Shown piece by piece: positions 36,400 to 50,231 of a stretch of DNA of 64,000 nt. The stretch is from Takakia lepidozioides (lineage: Eukaryota; Plantae; Bryophyta): positions 57,846,001 through 57,910,000 of the forward strand of contig CM060734.1 in NCBI GenBank assembly GCA_030704615.1. The letters run 5' to 3'. Positions within the stretch are counted from its first letter, which is position 1. Every line of letters starts with the position of its first letter. A program made the translations under genes and the position numbers. The notes beneath the pieces were generated by a model. It had not been told where the DNA came from. It searched no databases and saw nothing but the letters and a program-made list of their open reading frames with translations.

Positions 36400-38848
36400 A
36401 TAGATAAAGAAAATAAAGGTTTCAAACCCGTCCTACTCTCCCTCTTCGGAGAGAGTTTGAGTCCTTAGATAAAAGATGTTTCAAAACCATCATTCTCCCC
36501 CATTGGATGGGTTCGAATCCCCTGGCGATGCTGAAAAATATGGTTGGTGCAAGGTTGATTGTTATATTTTTTGAGCCTGTGAGGATAAAAATTCAGGGGG
36601 AGAAGAGAGCTTAAGTCTCCAGGAGAAAAGAGGAAAAATGAAAAGAAAAAGATAAGAAAATTTTCAAACCCGTCCCGCTCTCTCTCTTCGGAGAGAGTTC
36701 GAGCCCGGCCCCCAGATAAAAATTGTTTCAAAACCGCCATTCTCCCCGACCGGACTGGGTTCGAATCCCTTAGTGATGCTGCAAGATATGGGAGGGAGGA
36801 AAACTAAAGAGGAAAAGATAATAAAGGTTTCAAACCCGTCCACCTCTCCCTCTTCGGAGAGAGTTCGCGTGCCCAGATAAAAATTGTTTCAAATCCGCCA
36901 TTCTCCCCCACCGAACTGGGCTCGAATCCCCTAGTGATGCTGCAAGATATGAGAGAGATGGAAACTAAAAAGGAAAAGATAATAAATTTTTCAAACCCGT
37001 CCCGCTCTCCTTCTTCGGAGAGAGTTCGAGCCCCCAGATAAAAATTGTTTCAAAACCGCCATTCTCCCCCACCAGACTGGGCTCGAATCCCCTAGTAATG
37101 CTGCAAGATTTGGGAGAGATGGAAAATAAAGAGGAAAAGATAATAAAGGTTTCAAACCCGTCCCCCTCTCCCTCTTCGGAGAGAGTTCGAGTGCCCAGAT
37201 AAAAATTGTTTCAAATCCGCCATTCTCCCCCACCGGACTGGGCTCGAATCCCCTAGTGATGCTGCAAGATATGGTCGGTGCAAGGTGGATTGTTCTACAT
37301 TCTCCCCCACCGGACTGGGCTCGAATCCCCTAGTGATGCTGCAAGGTATGGTCGGTGCAAGGTGGATTGTTCTATTAATCTAACAAGCCTTGGAAGGACC
37401 TTGAGCCTGCGTTGGTATATCGGTGGGCAAAGATTGGATACTTGCTGCATCTCAGAGGACCGCATTTTGACTTTTTCTAAAGATGACTTCGGATCGGACC
37501 CGACCAGACAAACAATACTTCTACTTATAGAAGGGAGTTTGGGTTTCCGGGAGGAGAGAGGAAAACTAAAAAAGAAAAGATAATAAATTTTTCAAACCCG
37601 TCCCGCTCTCCCTCTTCGGAGAGAGTTCGAGCCCCCAGATAAAAATTGTTTCAAAACCGCCATTCTCCCCCACCGGACTGGGCTCGAATCCCCTAGTGAT
37701 GCTGCAAGATATGGGAGGAGTAAAAATAAAGAGGAAAAGATAATAAAGGTTTCAAACCCGTCCGTCTCTTTCTCTTCAGAGAGAGTTCGAGTGCCCAGAT
37801 AAAAATTGTTTCAAATCCGCCATTCTCCCTCACCGGACTGGGCTCGAATCCCCTACTGATGCTGCAAGATATGGTCGGTGCAAGGTGGATTGATCTACAT
37901 TCTTCCCCACTGGACTGGGCTCGAATCCCCTAGTGTTGCTGCAAGGCATGGTCGGTGCAAGGTGGATTGTTCTATTAATCTAACAAGCCTTGGAAGGACC
38001 TTGAGCCTGCGTTGGTATATCCCGAAGTCCTCTTTAGAAAAAGTCAAAATGCGGTCCTCTGAGATCAGCAAGTATCCAATCTTTGCCCATCGGACCCGAC
38101 CAAACAAATAATACTTCTACTTATAGAAGGGTGTTTGGGTTTCCGGGAGGAGAGAGGAAAACTAAAAAAGAAAAGATAATAAATTTTTCAAACCCGTCCC
38201 GCTCTCCCTCTTCAGAGAGAGTTCGAGCCCCCAGATAAAAATTGTTTCAAAACCGCCGTTCTCCCCCACCGGACTGGGCTCGAATCCCCTAGTGATGCTG
38301 CAAGATATGGGAGGAGTAAAAATAAAGAGGAAAAGATAATAAAGGTTTCAAACCCGTCCGCCTCTTTCTCTTCATAGAGAGTTCGAGTGCCCAAATAAAA
38401 ATTGTTTCAAATCCGCCATTCTCCCCCACCGGACTGGGCTCGAATCCCCTACTGATGCTGCAAGATATGGTCGGTGCAAGGTGGATTGTTCTACATTCTT
38501 CCCCACCGGACTGGGCTCGAATCCCCTAGTGATGCTGCAAGGTATGGTCGGTGCAAGGTGGATTATTAACCTAACAAGCCTTGGAAGGACCTTGAGCTTG
38601 CGTTGGTATATCGGTGGGCAAAGATTGGATACTTTTTGCACCTCAGAGGACCGCACTTTGGCTTTTTCTAAAGAGGACTTCGGATCGGACCCGACCAGAC
38701 AAACACTACTTCTACTTATAGAAGGGAGTTTGGGTTTCCGGGAGGAGAGAGGAAAACTAAAAAAGAAAAGATAATAAATTTTTCAAACCCGTCCCGCTCT
38801 CCCTCTTCGGAGAGAGTTCGAGCCCCCATATAAAAATTGTTTCAAAAA
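36400..38848. repeat. Higher-order tandem repeat: about 160-165-bp monomers grouped in about 600-bp units, rich in Pol III B-box-like motifs
   Basis: ttcaaacccgtcc recurs near 36421, 36663, 36829, 36990, 37151, 37591, 37751, 38187, 38347 and 38782. taacaagccttggaaggacc occurs at 37381, 37981 and 38572. Confidence 0.95.
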
Positions 38849-38849
38849 G

Positions 38850-40490
38850 CTCTTCATTATTCTGCCAGTTGTTTGTTTTAGGTTGAAGTCTTTTAACTTG
38901 TGTGGCGTATATGAAAATAGCTTAGCCAGGTGATCTCTGATTTTGTATACAAGTTCATCAGGTTAGTTGTTGATGGCAAGGGAACAATCTAGCTTGCGAT
39001 AAGCCTGTCCTTTAAGGGCATCGTGCCATACATTCCAGGTTTGACCATACGGGGCTCCTTTGAGGTTCGTCACAATCACCGTGGGAGGAAGACCTGCAGC
39101 TATTCTCTCTTCCTTCACCTTGGCAGCTTCAATTTTGGCTGAGCTATTAGCTCTCCTTAAAGCATTGATTCTATCATTCTTTGAAACGGCACCTTCCCCT
39201 CCTTCAGAGACCTCCGTGCGCACAGGAGAATTCACAGCAGGATCCTGCCAAGTAGGGACTGGTGGCCATGGCTGTTGGCCAGAAGGCCGAGGACCATACT
39301 GGCCATACTGTCCATAAGCAGGAGGATATTCCGGTGGCCTGCCACCCCCATAGCTATTAGGGGGTGGCAAATATGGTGGAGGAGGATACTGGCCATACTG
39401 CCCATATGGAGGAGCACCATATTGACCTTGACCATACTGAGTGCCAGACTGTGGGTACTGAGGCATACCATAATAAGGTGGGGGTATTGGTGGCACAAAA
39501 CCCAAAACGATGGGAGAGTTAGGGCCACCTCCTGCATTCTTGTGGGCGCCATCTCCATTGCTAGCAGCAGGGATCGTGGATCCAGTGCGCTTGTGCTTGC
39601 CCTGAAAAGAAATTCCCCCAGTACAATGTGGGTGATTATACATACATATAGGCAGCAAGCAGCAAATCCTTGAATTCAAGATAGCAAACTGGAAGCACAT
39701 ATGATTTGTAAATATAAGATTACCCAAAACTCAGTATGATCTTGGGCAGTAAATCTCCCAAATTTGATTGGCCCCAATGATGCCCTCCCATTACATTTTT
39801 GAACCCTCTTAGGTATGGGGTGTTCCTGAAATCCATAGCAAGAATTCAAAGGGACAAACCTGATGGGTCCATGAGAAGCCCTCCAAGTTTTACTGATATT
39901 CTGGGTGCATAAGTAACCCAAGTATCTCTATAAGTAGCCATTGTAGCTTAGTACCAGGACGTTGGTTTCATGGGGCAAAGAATTTGAACACACCTGAAGT
40001 CTACATTGGGCTGACATCATGCCTTTGGCACTTCAACTTGTCTAGTGGAAATCATTTGTGATTGTGCCTTGGCTGACCCCTGCATTGTCCAACTTCCCTG
40101 TCTTGACAGACATACCCTATCTCGTCATGATCTTACCATACCCTATCTCTTCGTGATTTTACCAAAAACTTACATAATTTGAATCATGGTCATTGTGAAG
40201 AACTATAACTCACAGACGGAGAAGGTGTTCGTAGTGTAGATGATGGGCGTTTTTGTCTTGCGACATGAGTCTGGGCATGTTCTCTTCGGCTCGCCGTGGC
40301 ATCCGCCGACGACGCACTCGCCTCGCACTGGCGTGGGAGGAGTGGATCGTCCTCATCGTCCTCAGAAGAGCCCTCATGCAGAATCGTAGTCTTCATCGTC
40401 TTCAGTCTGGCACTTTGCCTTGCAGGACCTTGATCCCTAGCTTTTTCCTTCGGAGTGCGTGGCTTGCGAGGGCGTTTCGCTCCCGCAAGC
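38850..40490 (-). pseudogene. Probable CACTA accessory gene (Pro/Gly/Tyr-rich), divergent from the transposase and truncated by the repeat array
   Basis: ORFs 40190..40582 and 38963..39727 (PYGQYGQYPPPP, WNVWHDALKGQAYRKLD). Assignment rests on position next to the Tnp2 gene. Confidence 0.5.
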
Positions 40491-41032
40491 CTGCACAAAC
40501 ACCTCCATGACCTCCCTCTCAAACAATCACAAACAAATGCAAGTATACATGCCCTAATACTCTTAAGCCTACGCTGAACCACAGCCGCACCCTACCAGAA
40601 CGTAATGGCTGCCCACGAATGACGGCGGACATCTCCCGCCTAATGACACACCCTCTTCAAACCTAATCGTCACTCACTACATGTTGTTTGCCTCTTTGTT
40701 TGTACAAGTCACAGCTACTCGCCTCCATTTGTGCTATGAAGCTTATGAGAGCTTAGGAAGGTCAGAGGATAAGGCGAATCGCAAGTTTAGTGGGTGGGTA
40801 ACCAAAGTCAGCAACTAAACTCACCCATCTATCGACTGCTTGAACGTTGCTTCCACCTCCTTTATGGAAGCAATCCGGCGCTCTCGAAACTTCTCGTACT
40901 CAGTAAGAGGGACTGTCACTTCGAAGACCTTCCGCTTCACCATGGACACTCAGAAACGATACTTATAATATACTATAGATATATAAATAGCACATTGGCA
41001 GCTGGTGCAAAACAAGAGACAATGCACTGTGC

Positions 41033-44000
41033 ATAGCATGCAAAGAGGGAAGGGGTGACGTTCAAAGCATGTACAGTGCAGGTGGCGACCGGATGCGTAG
41101 GCGTAGAATAGATGACCGTCTATGGCGAATGGAAGAAGCTTATGCCACAAGGAATGGGCATACAAAAATGCTATGCAACTGCGATGAGTGTCATGGAGGA
41201 AACTACTGTTGTTGGAAACAGTGAGGAATCATTATATGATACACGGAAGGGATCCTCTTCTCCGACGCTGTTCTTCCGGTACGATCGCCACTTTCCCTTC
41301 AACACTTTAGTTTGAATTTTGAATGCAACGATCCTCTTCTCCACATGTCGACATTTTGTTGGGTGATTGTAGTCAAGAAGTCATAAGATACAGACGTGAC
41401 TATGACTACGTCACTTCCGTTATCACTTTAATTAATGCACATGTCGTGTTTTCATTGGTCATGTGTAGTCATGTAGTCATATATGACTAAGTAAGTGACT
41501 GCAACTATGACTTCAATGGTTACAAATGTCGTGTTTTGATTAGGTGTATATTCATAAGATACATACGTAAATATGACTGCATCACTGCAACGTCACCGTG
41601 CCTCCCATGTCATAATATGAACAAGTGTCACATCGTTGTTGGTCCATTCACAAGATGACTATTGGGGTGCAGGGATGTGAATATTCAGATGATGAAGACG
41701 AAGGCCCTGCGGCACAGCGGGAGCCCAATGTCACAGAGAACGCAGATGAGGGTGGTGGATTGGAGGTAGAAATCCAGCGTGCATTGTAGGAAGCGTTTCT
41801 ATTTGCAGATGCAAACAGAGAGGACCCCATTCATGGTGGAACCGATCACACATTTGCTGATCATGACGATGACCTCGACGATTCTGGAGACAATGAATTT
41901 GATGAGAATGCTCACCTGCACGTTGATCCCGAGTATCATAAACTCTTCCGGCAGTCGCAATGTCCACTTTTTGAAGGGTGCTCGATCAGCCGGCTGCAAG
42001 CAACTTTGACATTGTTGAACGCATGCACTACCCACAAGTGCACCAATGCATTTGTGGATGAGCTTCTGGGATTGTTGCATAAGAGTTTTTCGCCTAAAAA
42101 GAATTCATTGCCGAAAACTCACTATGAAGCAAAAACCATGATTGCCAAGATGGGATTGCAATACACGATGATTCATGCCTGTGAGCGTGGTTGTGTACTC
42201 TTCCGTGGGGAGTATGAGAATATAGACATTTGCCCAGTGTGCCGCAGTTCCCGTTACATTCCAGGTCGTGGAAGTGTGCCCAAGAAAGTATTGCGACACT
42301 TCCCTGTCATTCAAGGTTGAAACGTATGTACCGATGTAAATCGATCGCTAACATCATGACATGGCACGACAGACATAAGAGCCAGGATGGGTTGGTTCGA
42401 CATCCAGCTGATAGCAAAGCATGGAGACACATTGACACCACATTTGCGGATTTTGCTGCAGAGCCACGATCTCTGCGATTTGGATTGGCCTTAGACGGTG
42501 TAGATCCCTACGGAGCTCAATCCACCAGTTGGAGCACATGGCCCGTTCTCTTGGTCAATTACAATCTGCCTCCGTGGTTAATGACCAAAAAGTTCTTTGT
42601 CATGTTAGCGCTACTGATTCCTGGTAAGGAGTCTGTTACCTCGGACAACGTAGATGTTTACCTGATGCCCCTAGTGGAAGAGCTATTGGAACTATGGAGA
42701 GGGATTGCAGCTCATGATGTTTCCCGTCCTCGTGGTCAACGCGAATTCACACTGAGGGCAGTGTTGATGTGGTCAATCCATGACTACCCTGCATATGGCT
42801 TGCTCTCAGGTCAAGTGACGAAAGGTTATGCTAGTTGTCCAGCTTGTGGACCCGGGGTGACTTCACAGCAGTTACACACATGTGGGAAAACTATTTTCCT
42901 AGGCCACCGAAGATTTCTGGCCCGCAATCATCCATATAGAAGGTCAAGAATGTTCAATGGCGCTACTGAGCATGGAACTCCTCCAAAAACGCAGACTGAA
43001 ACACAAATCAAGGAGCTTGCAACAACTCGCACTGCATGGGTGGAAAACGGAGGGACGCCAGATAGCAGGACAGACCCAGCAAAAACTCATGGAGTTAAAC
43101 GATTGTCAATTTTATATGTCTTACCTTATTGGGAGGTAATTCCTTCATGGCCTGTAAATTGGCTGTGTACATTTTTGTGTTTTCTGTTTAAATTGTGATG
43201 AGTAAATGCTCAATTGCTTATGTCTTCATTTTGTAGGGTCTCCTCATCCGCCACTCGTTTGACGCAATGCACTGCGAGAAGAACTTGGCTGAAAATATTA
43301 TTAAAACCATTTTTGGTGAGAAAGACACATTGAAAGTTCGCCATGATTTGGAGCTACTTGGGATGCGCCCGGAATTGTGGCTACAACGTGATCCTGACAG
43401 AGCAGATACGTTAATTATGCCTCCTGCCCCTTATGTCCTCACTGAGGCTGAGTTACAAGTCTTTCTGGAGATTGTGCAGAACTTGAAAGTGCCAACAGGC
43501 TACGCATCAGCTTTCAAAAAGCATGTGGTGAAGAGAAATTGTCTGGCATGAAATCACATGACTATCATGTGCTCATGCAGCAAATTATACCGCTTGCTAT
43601 CCGTGGGCTCATGGCAAGTGGTCCTCGCAGGGCCATTTTATGAGTATGTCGTGTATTTAAGAAGTTGTGTGCAAAAGTAGTGAATCCTGTAGAGTATGAG
43701 GAATTGAGAACTGAAGCAGTTCTCACTCTGTGTCTTATAGAGAAGGAGTTCCCACCATCATTTTTTGATGTGATGACACATCTGGTTGTTCACCTAGTGG
43801 ATGAGTTGTAATTATGCGGGCCCGTAGCATCTCGTTGGATGTACCCCATGGAGCGGGCAATGAAAGATATAAAGGGCTACGTAAGAAACATGGCAAGGCC
43901 CGAGGGGAGCATGGCAGAAGGATACCAATTTGAAGAAGCATTGGGTTTTTGCACAGAGTATATGGCAGGATTTGATGGAAGTGTACGAAGGGTGTGGGAT

Positions 44001-45216
44001 GCAGATGAGGCAGAATCTGTGGAATGTGAAGTTGTGGAAGGAAGTTCTAAAGCCCGAAAATTGAATGACCTGCGTGATATTGTACATGAGTACATCATTC
44101 AGAACCATCCTCGTCTATCAGTCATGTTGGGGTAAGAAATCTACTTCATTGACATTCAAATTTCCAAGTTTTAGTCATTTCTCATTAGTTGGCATATGGT
44201 GTCTTTTCATATCTCCCACGCCACCTCTGTCAATCTCCTGGCTGACCCTCGGATTGTGACAGGATATATAAAGCAGAGTCCACATGGATAGAAGCCAGAC
44301 GACGCTTGTTTCGTGAGGAGCAAGGGCTGGAAGACATGAGCAATCCCACGACAATTCAGTACCTTCCTGATTTGCATCCATGTCCTCCATTTGCTGTTTG
44401 GCTCCCTCAAGGTGTACGGGATCATCTCTCAATTCAATCAGATGGGCCTGATCCTACAACACGTGAGGAATTACTGGATCTTTCAAGGCCTCCATCATTT
44501 ACTGCCCTGTCATTCAAGAGTATGACAGCGTATGGTAACCATTACAGGGTTACATCCCCCGACATGAACACAACAAGTATGGTGTCTTTTGATTGTGGAG
44601 TCTCATCTGTTTTCCAGCACCAGCCCATTACCAACAATTCAGGCAATGACATGGAGGAACCTACAAGATATGTGGGTCTTATAAGGGAGATTTTGCAAAT
44701 TGACTATGGCCAAACACAGCCTATAGTGTTTTTGTGTTCGTAGGTACGAGCGTGTCGCGTGGGTCGTCAACCTATGTCAATGAAGCAGGATGATGTTGGC
44801 TTCACACTTGTCAATTTTAACCGTATGCTTCCACCTTCTGAGCAACCTTTTGTGTTTCCTGGCCAGGTTGATCAAGTGTTTTTTTCTGATTGTGTGAAGG
44901 AGCCGAGGTGGAAAGTCGTCCTGGAGAAGAGCCCCCGAGCACGTAGAGTGGTCTGCGACATATCAATTGATAATGATGATGTGGCGGAAGTGGAAGGATG
45001 TTAGCCCCACAAAGACTAGAGGAGACTGTGGTTATTGATGGCCCAACATGCAGCCGAGCGGTACCGGTTACTCCAGAGCAGGTGGCCTCCTTGTACCTCC
45101 GAGCACCCCGTATACGTGGTGATGATGTTCAGCCAACCCTTGGAAAAGATCAAGTCTGTGATGAAGACAATGATACATGCAGTGACCCAGACATAGATGA
45201 GGATGATGAAGATTAG
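41033..45216 (+). pseudogene. CACTA/En-Spm Tnp2 transposase (Transposase_21, DUF4218- and DUF4216-like regions), multi-exon, disrupted
   Basis: IHACERGCVLF...CPVC, HPADSKAW, FGLALDGVDP, WSTWPV, NLPPW, DYPAYGLLSG, DAMHCEKN, MKSHDYH, WMYPMER, RPEGSMAEGY, QPFVFPGQVDQVFF. Termini not found. Confidence 0.92.
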
Positions 45217-45991
45217 ATATGCTAGATTTGTGCACTCCAGTTATAGACCATGCATGATAGTTTAAGGTGGTAACACTCCCTTCGCATTCCCATTAAGATA
45301 TCATGCTTGGATAGTGGATTTTATGATCAATTATGGAGTGCTTTCCTTTCAGCACCCTTTATTCATTTGTTGTTGCAATTGGCTTTGGACCAACCCGTGC
45401 TGGTACCATTGCCATGGGTTCTGCCTGCAATGTTTTCTTGCTGTGGATTCGGCACATGCCACGAAAAGCCATCCAGAGCATCCTCTGGAAATGCTCCAAT
45501 GTTGTTTCAAACATCTCCACATTGCAATGGATACAACACTGACATTAGATGAGTGAAAGTGAGACTAGACCTCCAGCCAGCCGGCTTTCCCACATCAAAT
45601 TGAAGGGGATCTGTAGATGATAGATACTGGCTGTTGCCTTCTCAATGTCTTTTCCAATCACCTCTGCAATGAACTGGGGTACATGCTGTCGATGGTGAGG
45701 CTGGGGTGATGACCAGCCAGACCATCATTGTTTCTCCTGTGATGAGGTTGGAGGTGATGACCAGCCAACCATAGGAGTGCTTGCGGTGGATGCAAGTACA
45801 GGTGTAGGCTATGTTAGGAATTTAGTATTCCAAACCATAAGCCGCAACAGGTTCTCTACCCGGTTACCTTGTGGAGAGGGGGTTAGGAACATGTTCATGA
45901 CCGGTTGAGTGTCAACACGGAGGTGCCACTAATTGCTGGGGACAGTGCCGGTTCGAGCACTAGCGATACTAGTGGGTACACGAGATGAGGT

Positions 45992-47343
45992 GTGCGGTTT
46001 AGGCCACCTTCACCTCCTGTGTCTTCTACGGAAGGTTCTGATTCGGATTGTGAATCAGGAGGACTCATACTGGCGGTGCAAGTTGTTTCTTTGCCATTGT
46101 TGTGGGACACAATGGAGGAGATGTATGGAGCTACCAAGGGGCCACGAAGGTACTCTGGGGCGGTGGGCACCATCGAGTTGGATGATTTTATCCAAGAGTT
46201 TGATAGTTGGTGTGATTTGCAGCAAATGCGCAATCCACAACTATTACGCCTTTCATGGCATGGAAGGGGCTGTTTCAGCACCTTGAGGGGCCGCCTATGG
46301 ATGATTACCATGAGTTCAGGCGGGGGCATGAGGTTGAGATCGAGGAGTGGAGGATGTACTGGTCACCCAACTATGTCTCCATCACTAGGGGCGCTAGAGC
46401 CACGAGGGCAGTGGCTACACCTGCCGCTGCACCGGCAGCTTCAGCAAGTAGTGGTGGGACTGGTGGTACAGTAGCTACGACGTCCACCCAAGCCACTACC
46501 GCACCAGCACTAGCACCCGTGCCTGCCTTCAACCCTGTTGTGGAGTTCTTCGAAGAGTTGAGAGGGAACTACCAAGGGGTGAGGACAAAGAAGTTGCGGA
46601 GCTTGCAAGAGTTCCAACGGAAGCCGACTGAGAGCTTGAGGGAGGCTTTCACTCGCATGAGGCGCTTGATAAATGTAACCCAAGGGGTTACGGAAGCTCA
46701 GGCAGTCCAATTCTGGTATAGGATATTGGACAAGGAGCTGAGGAGAAGGGTGCGGGATGCAACTCTCCTACAAGCGGCCCAACCCACCTTAGCAAATGTG
46801 TTTTTGCTGGCAGAGCGGATAGAGCTCAACATGGTGGAGGAACGAGTGGTCATGGTGGGATTTGCTAAGGAGACACCACGGGGTAGTGGTGCTCCTAGCC
46901 AACCACTACCTCAACGTGCTCAAGGCAACAAGGGGGCTCAGGTGAAGCTTAGGGAAGGGCAGAGATGACCTCAGATGCAGGGGTCTCTCCCTTCATTTGC
47001 TGGCCAACAACGGGCGGATGTGGTGTGTTGGACATGTGGAGGACCCCATGTCAAGAAGGATTGCCCAGAGGGAGGCAAAGGGCCGGCACATGCACAGCCT
47101 GCACAGTTGCAGTGTAGGCATTGTGGCAAGCATGGGCATGGAGAGGCCCAGTGTTATGGTTTGCATCCTGAGTTGCGCCCAGGCCAGTTCCAAGGGAACA
47201 ATGGTGGCGGGGGCGAGGTGGAGCAGCCCAGAGAGGACGAGGTGGCCAACCACGAGGTGCAAGCCAAGGGCAAGCTCAACATGGCCAAGGATGCGGAGGT
47301 CAGGGTGTTGACCAAGGCATGGCCAACCGGCTTTAGCAGCTAG
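45992..47343 (+). pseudogene. gag with two zinc knuckles
   Basis: ELDDFIQEFDSWC, FQRKPTESLREAFTRMRRL, CWTCGGPHVKKDC and CRHCGKHGHGEAQC; frameshifted. Confidence 0.85.
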
Positions 47344-47360
47344 AGCAGAGGCTCGCTGCC

Positions 47361-48600
47361 ATGGCTACAGCTCAGGTGGTACCGGCTCTAAGGCCGGATG
47401 GTCCACCTCCTGCTCCTGAGGGAGGAGATATGGGAGGCATGGGATTCATGTGTGGAGCAGCACTACCACTAGTGCGGGTGGAGTCTGCTGCAGCCGTGAC
47501 TCGAGGAGCAGCACGAGTTCCTGAGCCACGAGGTGCAGAGGTGGAGTTGGATCCACAGTGTGGGGAGGCAAGCCGTCAGGCTAGGCTTCCTCAGTCAATC
47601 ACATTGGCGGAGACAGTGTCGACGCCATCCATGGCACCTAGTTCTCGCCCGACTGTTACCGAGGCGGAGGTTACTATGCCATTGGGGAGAGCTACACGGG
47701 TAGCACCACTACCTAGTGTTGCCAAGGCTACGGCAGCTAGTGTGCTACTAGGAGCGGCCACATCTGTGTGCCAGGCTCCATTGTTCTCGGCTACCATGAT
47801 TGCGACGTCGGGGGTAAGACCAGCTGAGGTGTTCAGGCTGGCAGCTACACTCTGTGAGAGTGGGGAGGTTATTTCATCTTCTGCGGAGATAGTGGGAGGT
47901 GTAGTGCCGGAGGGATCCTTGGATTTGAGGGTCAAGACTGCCACGGCGGCGCCATGGCAAGCTTCAGCTGCCAGGTTGATGGAGCTGCCAGCTAGGCCAG
48001 CCATTGAGCGCGCCATGGTGACACCTGGAGTTGTCATGTTAGACAACCAGGATGACATTTTCTGTTTGAGTGGACCGGCAGGCAAGAGGTACCGGCCACT
48101 GCGGGTCTTGTTGGACTCGGGAGCTCAGCCACTGATGCTGGGCAGAGCTGCTATTGCAGGCTTGGGCCTCACGGAGGCGGATATGGAGCCTTGTCCTTTC
48201 CAGATACAGACGTCTCTGGGAGGATCGGAGCAAGCTCGGGGCATGACACGGCGTGAGTTGGCTATCAGACTACGGCCGGATCACCCTACAGATGGCTCAG
48301 TGATGCGAGCCAAGGCCATTGTGACAGACGCGGTCTCATACGATGTCCTGGTTGGTGGGGCAGTATTGTACCCCATGGGCTTCACCCTAGATTTTTGGGA
48401 GGAGTCAGCTTCCTATAGGCCTGCATGGCAGTCAGGGGAGGGCCGGCGTGTGCAGCTCCCTGTGACGTTCATAGGAGGAGTTGCGGTTGCCCAGCGAGGC
48501 AAGATGCCGACACTAGCAGCATTCACATCGGCAGTGAGTTGGCCTAGAGAGTTGCTTGAGGGCAATGCTCATTCAGAGGATGTACCACCTCCGGAGAGCA
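47361..48600 (+). pseudogene. pol N-terminal region with retroviral-type aspartic protease
   Basis: VLLDSGAQ near 48105 and YDVLVGG. Confidence 0.85.
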
Positions 48601-48826
48601 GGATGACATGTATGGTATGGCGGAGTTGCCTACCATGGTTGCTCAGACTCCATTGTGGGGCACGAGCAAGGATTTGCAGCGGGATGCTGATCGACGGGTG
48701 CAACAAGCCTGGGTGGAGGCTTTTGTACCGTCAAGAGAGGAGGAGAGTGCGGGGATTGCACCAGGACCACCTCAATTGTCTCCATTGGACACCACACCTA
48801 TTGTGTGGCAGTATCCGGATGAAGGC

Positions 48827-49790
48827 ATTTGTCTTCTGGACTTGTTTGGCGGGATCAGCACCGGATTGGCTGCTGTGTTACAGGCAGGTGTACGAGTTCG
48901 GCGTTACCTGTATGTGGAGAGGGATGAGACTGCACGACGCGTTTCACTTCGCCATGTTGCTCAGTTGGTGCAGCGGTACCCTGAGTTGTTGTCGGTGTCT
49001 GCAATTCGTGGATATCAGCAGGCCTTGCCAGCAGACATTTCGTTGCTGGGGGCGCAGGATTTGGAGCGGGTTGGCTCCATTGATCTGGTAGTGGCAGGTT
49101 GGCCCTGCCAAGGGCATTCATCAACCGGGCATGGCAATGGATTGCGAGACTCGAGGTCGGGTCTGTTTTGGGAGATGGTGCGGGTTTTGCGCCACTTGCA
49201 GCTTCATCAAGCTGTATCTCCACATACATCTTGGAGAATGTGCCACTGATGGGCGATTCTCGGGCCAGGGTGATGGCCAGTGTGCATCAAGTCCGGTCGT
49301 GGCTTGGGTCAGCAGTGTTGCTAGATGCAGCTACAGTGGGGTCACGGGCTCATCGTCCACGGCTATGGTGGACTAACTTGATGCCACCCGCACTGCTCAA
49401 GCGTGCATTTGATGGGGTGCAGCGGCCAGCATATCTCACAGTGGATAACATTCTGGACACAGGGAGGCAGTCTCAGCGTGTGAGACACGATGACCGTTCG
49501 CCTTTGGCAGTGGTCAACAAGGTGGGTCAACCACGAGCAGCATTACCTACACTGCTCAGCTTCCCAGGATCGCATGCTTTCCGGGATAGTGGACCTGGCC
49601 TCCTGTGGGATGCTCAGTTGCAGCAGTTAGTGGAGCCTAATGCTGACGAGAGTGAGCGGGCAATGGGTTTTACCACTGGTACCACGACGGTGTCGTCTCT
49701 TTCTGAGGCATCACGTCGTCAAGTGTTGGGGCAAGCAATGGATCTCAATTGCTTGACCTGGATTATCAGCTTGGCTCTGGCTGAGCAACG
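48827..49790 (+). pseudogene. DNMT3-like C5 cytosine methyltransferase domain inside pol
   Basis: Motif I LLDLFGGISTGL, II YVERD, III ADI, IV DLVVAGWPCQGHS (PCQ 49103-49111), VI ILENV (ENV 49234-49242), VIII AHRPRLWWTN, IX ESERAMGF, X RRQVLGQA. One frameshift near 49222. Confidence 0.92.
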
Positions 49791-50231
49791 CAGAGTGCGG
49801 AGTACACTTCCCTCAATGGTCTCTCTGCCTACCGAGACGGTACAGGCAGTGAGTGGGGGCGAGCATGTGAGGACCACGGGGTGCATGCATCCATGGCACA
49901 CGTGGGAGGTGCTCGAGGTTCAGAGGGAGTTGGCAGCCAAGGCGGCTGTGATGGATGAGGTTGGGGATTCTTCTCGGGTGAGGAGGTCCTCAAGGATGAG
50001 ATGATGGGGCAGGATGAGGCCTTGTCATTGACTGAGCAGGCAGGGAGTACTGCTCAAGAGGTTGCAACATAGCAACCACTGAACGCGTCCTCTACCTCTA
50101 AGCCCACTGGACTTAAGGTTGCAGTTACGGAGGACAATTGGGAGCCTGACATTGGACCCATTGTCACCGGAGGAGAGAGACGACGTATACGGCGGTTCCT
50201 GAGGGCTTACAAGAATTGCTTTGCCTTCAGT

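Noticed and set aside
36400-38848. CRISPR array or tRNA gene cluster
   Set aside because: The intervening sequences are themselves repeated, so there are no unique spacers; no cas genes; eukaryotic context; no full cloverleaf.
45240-45800. 5' LTR of the Gypsy element or a CACTA Ulp1 tail
   Set aside because: No similarity to 53453-54125, and only a vague PQQ-like motif on the minus strand.
48827-49790. Bacterial restriction-modification methylase or host DRM/DNMT3 gene
   Set aside because: It is intronless, collinear within pol between protease and RT, has no nuclease partner and lacks UBA, PWWP or ADD domains.
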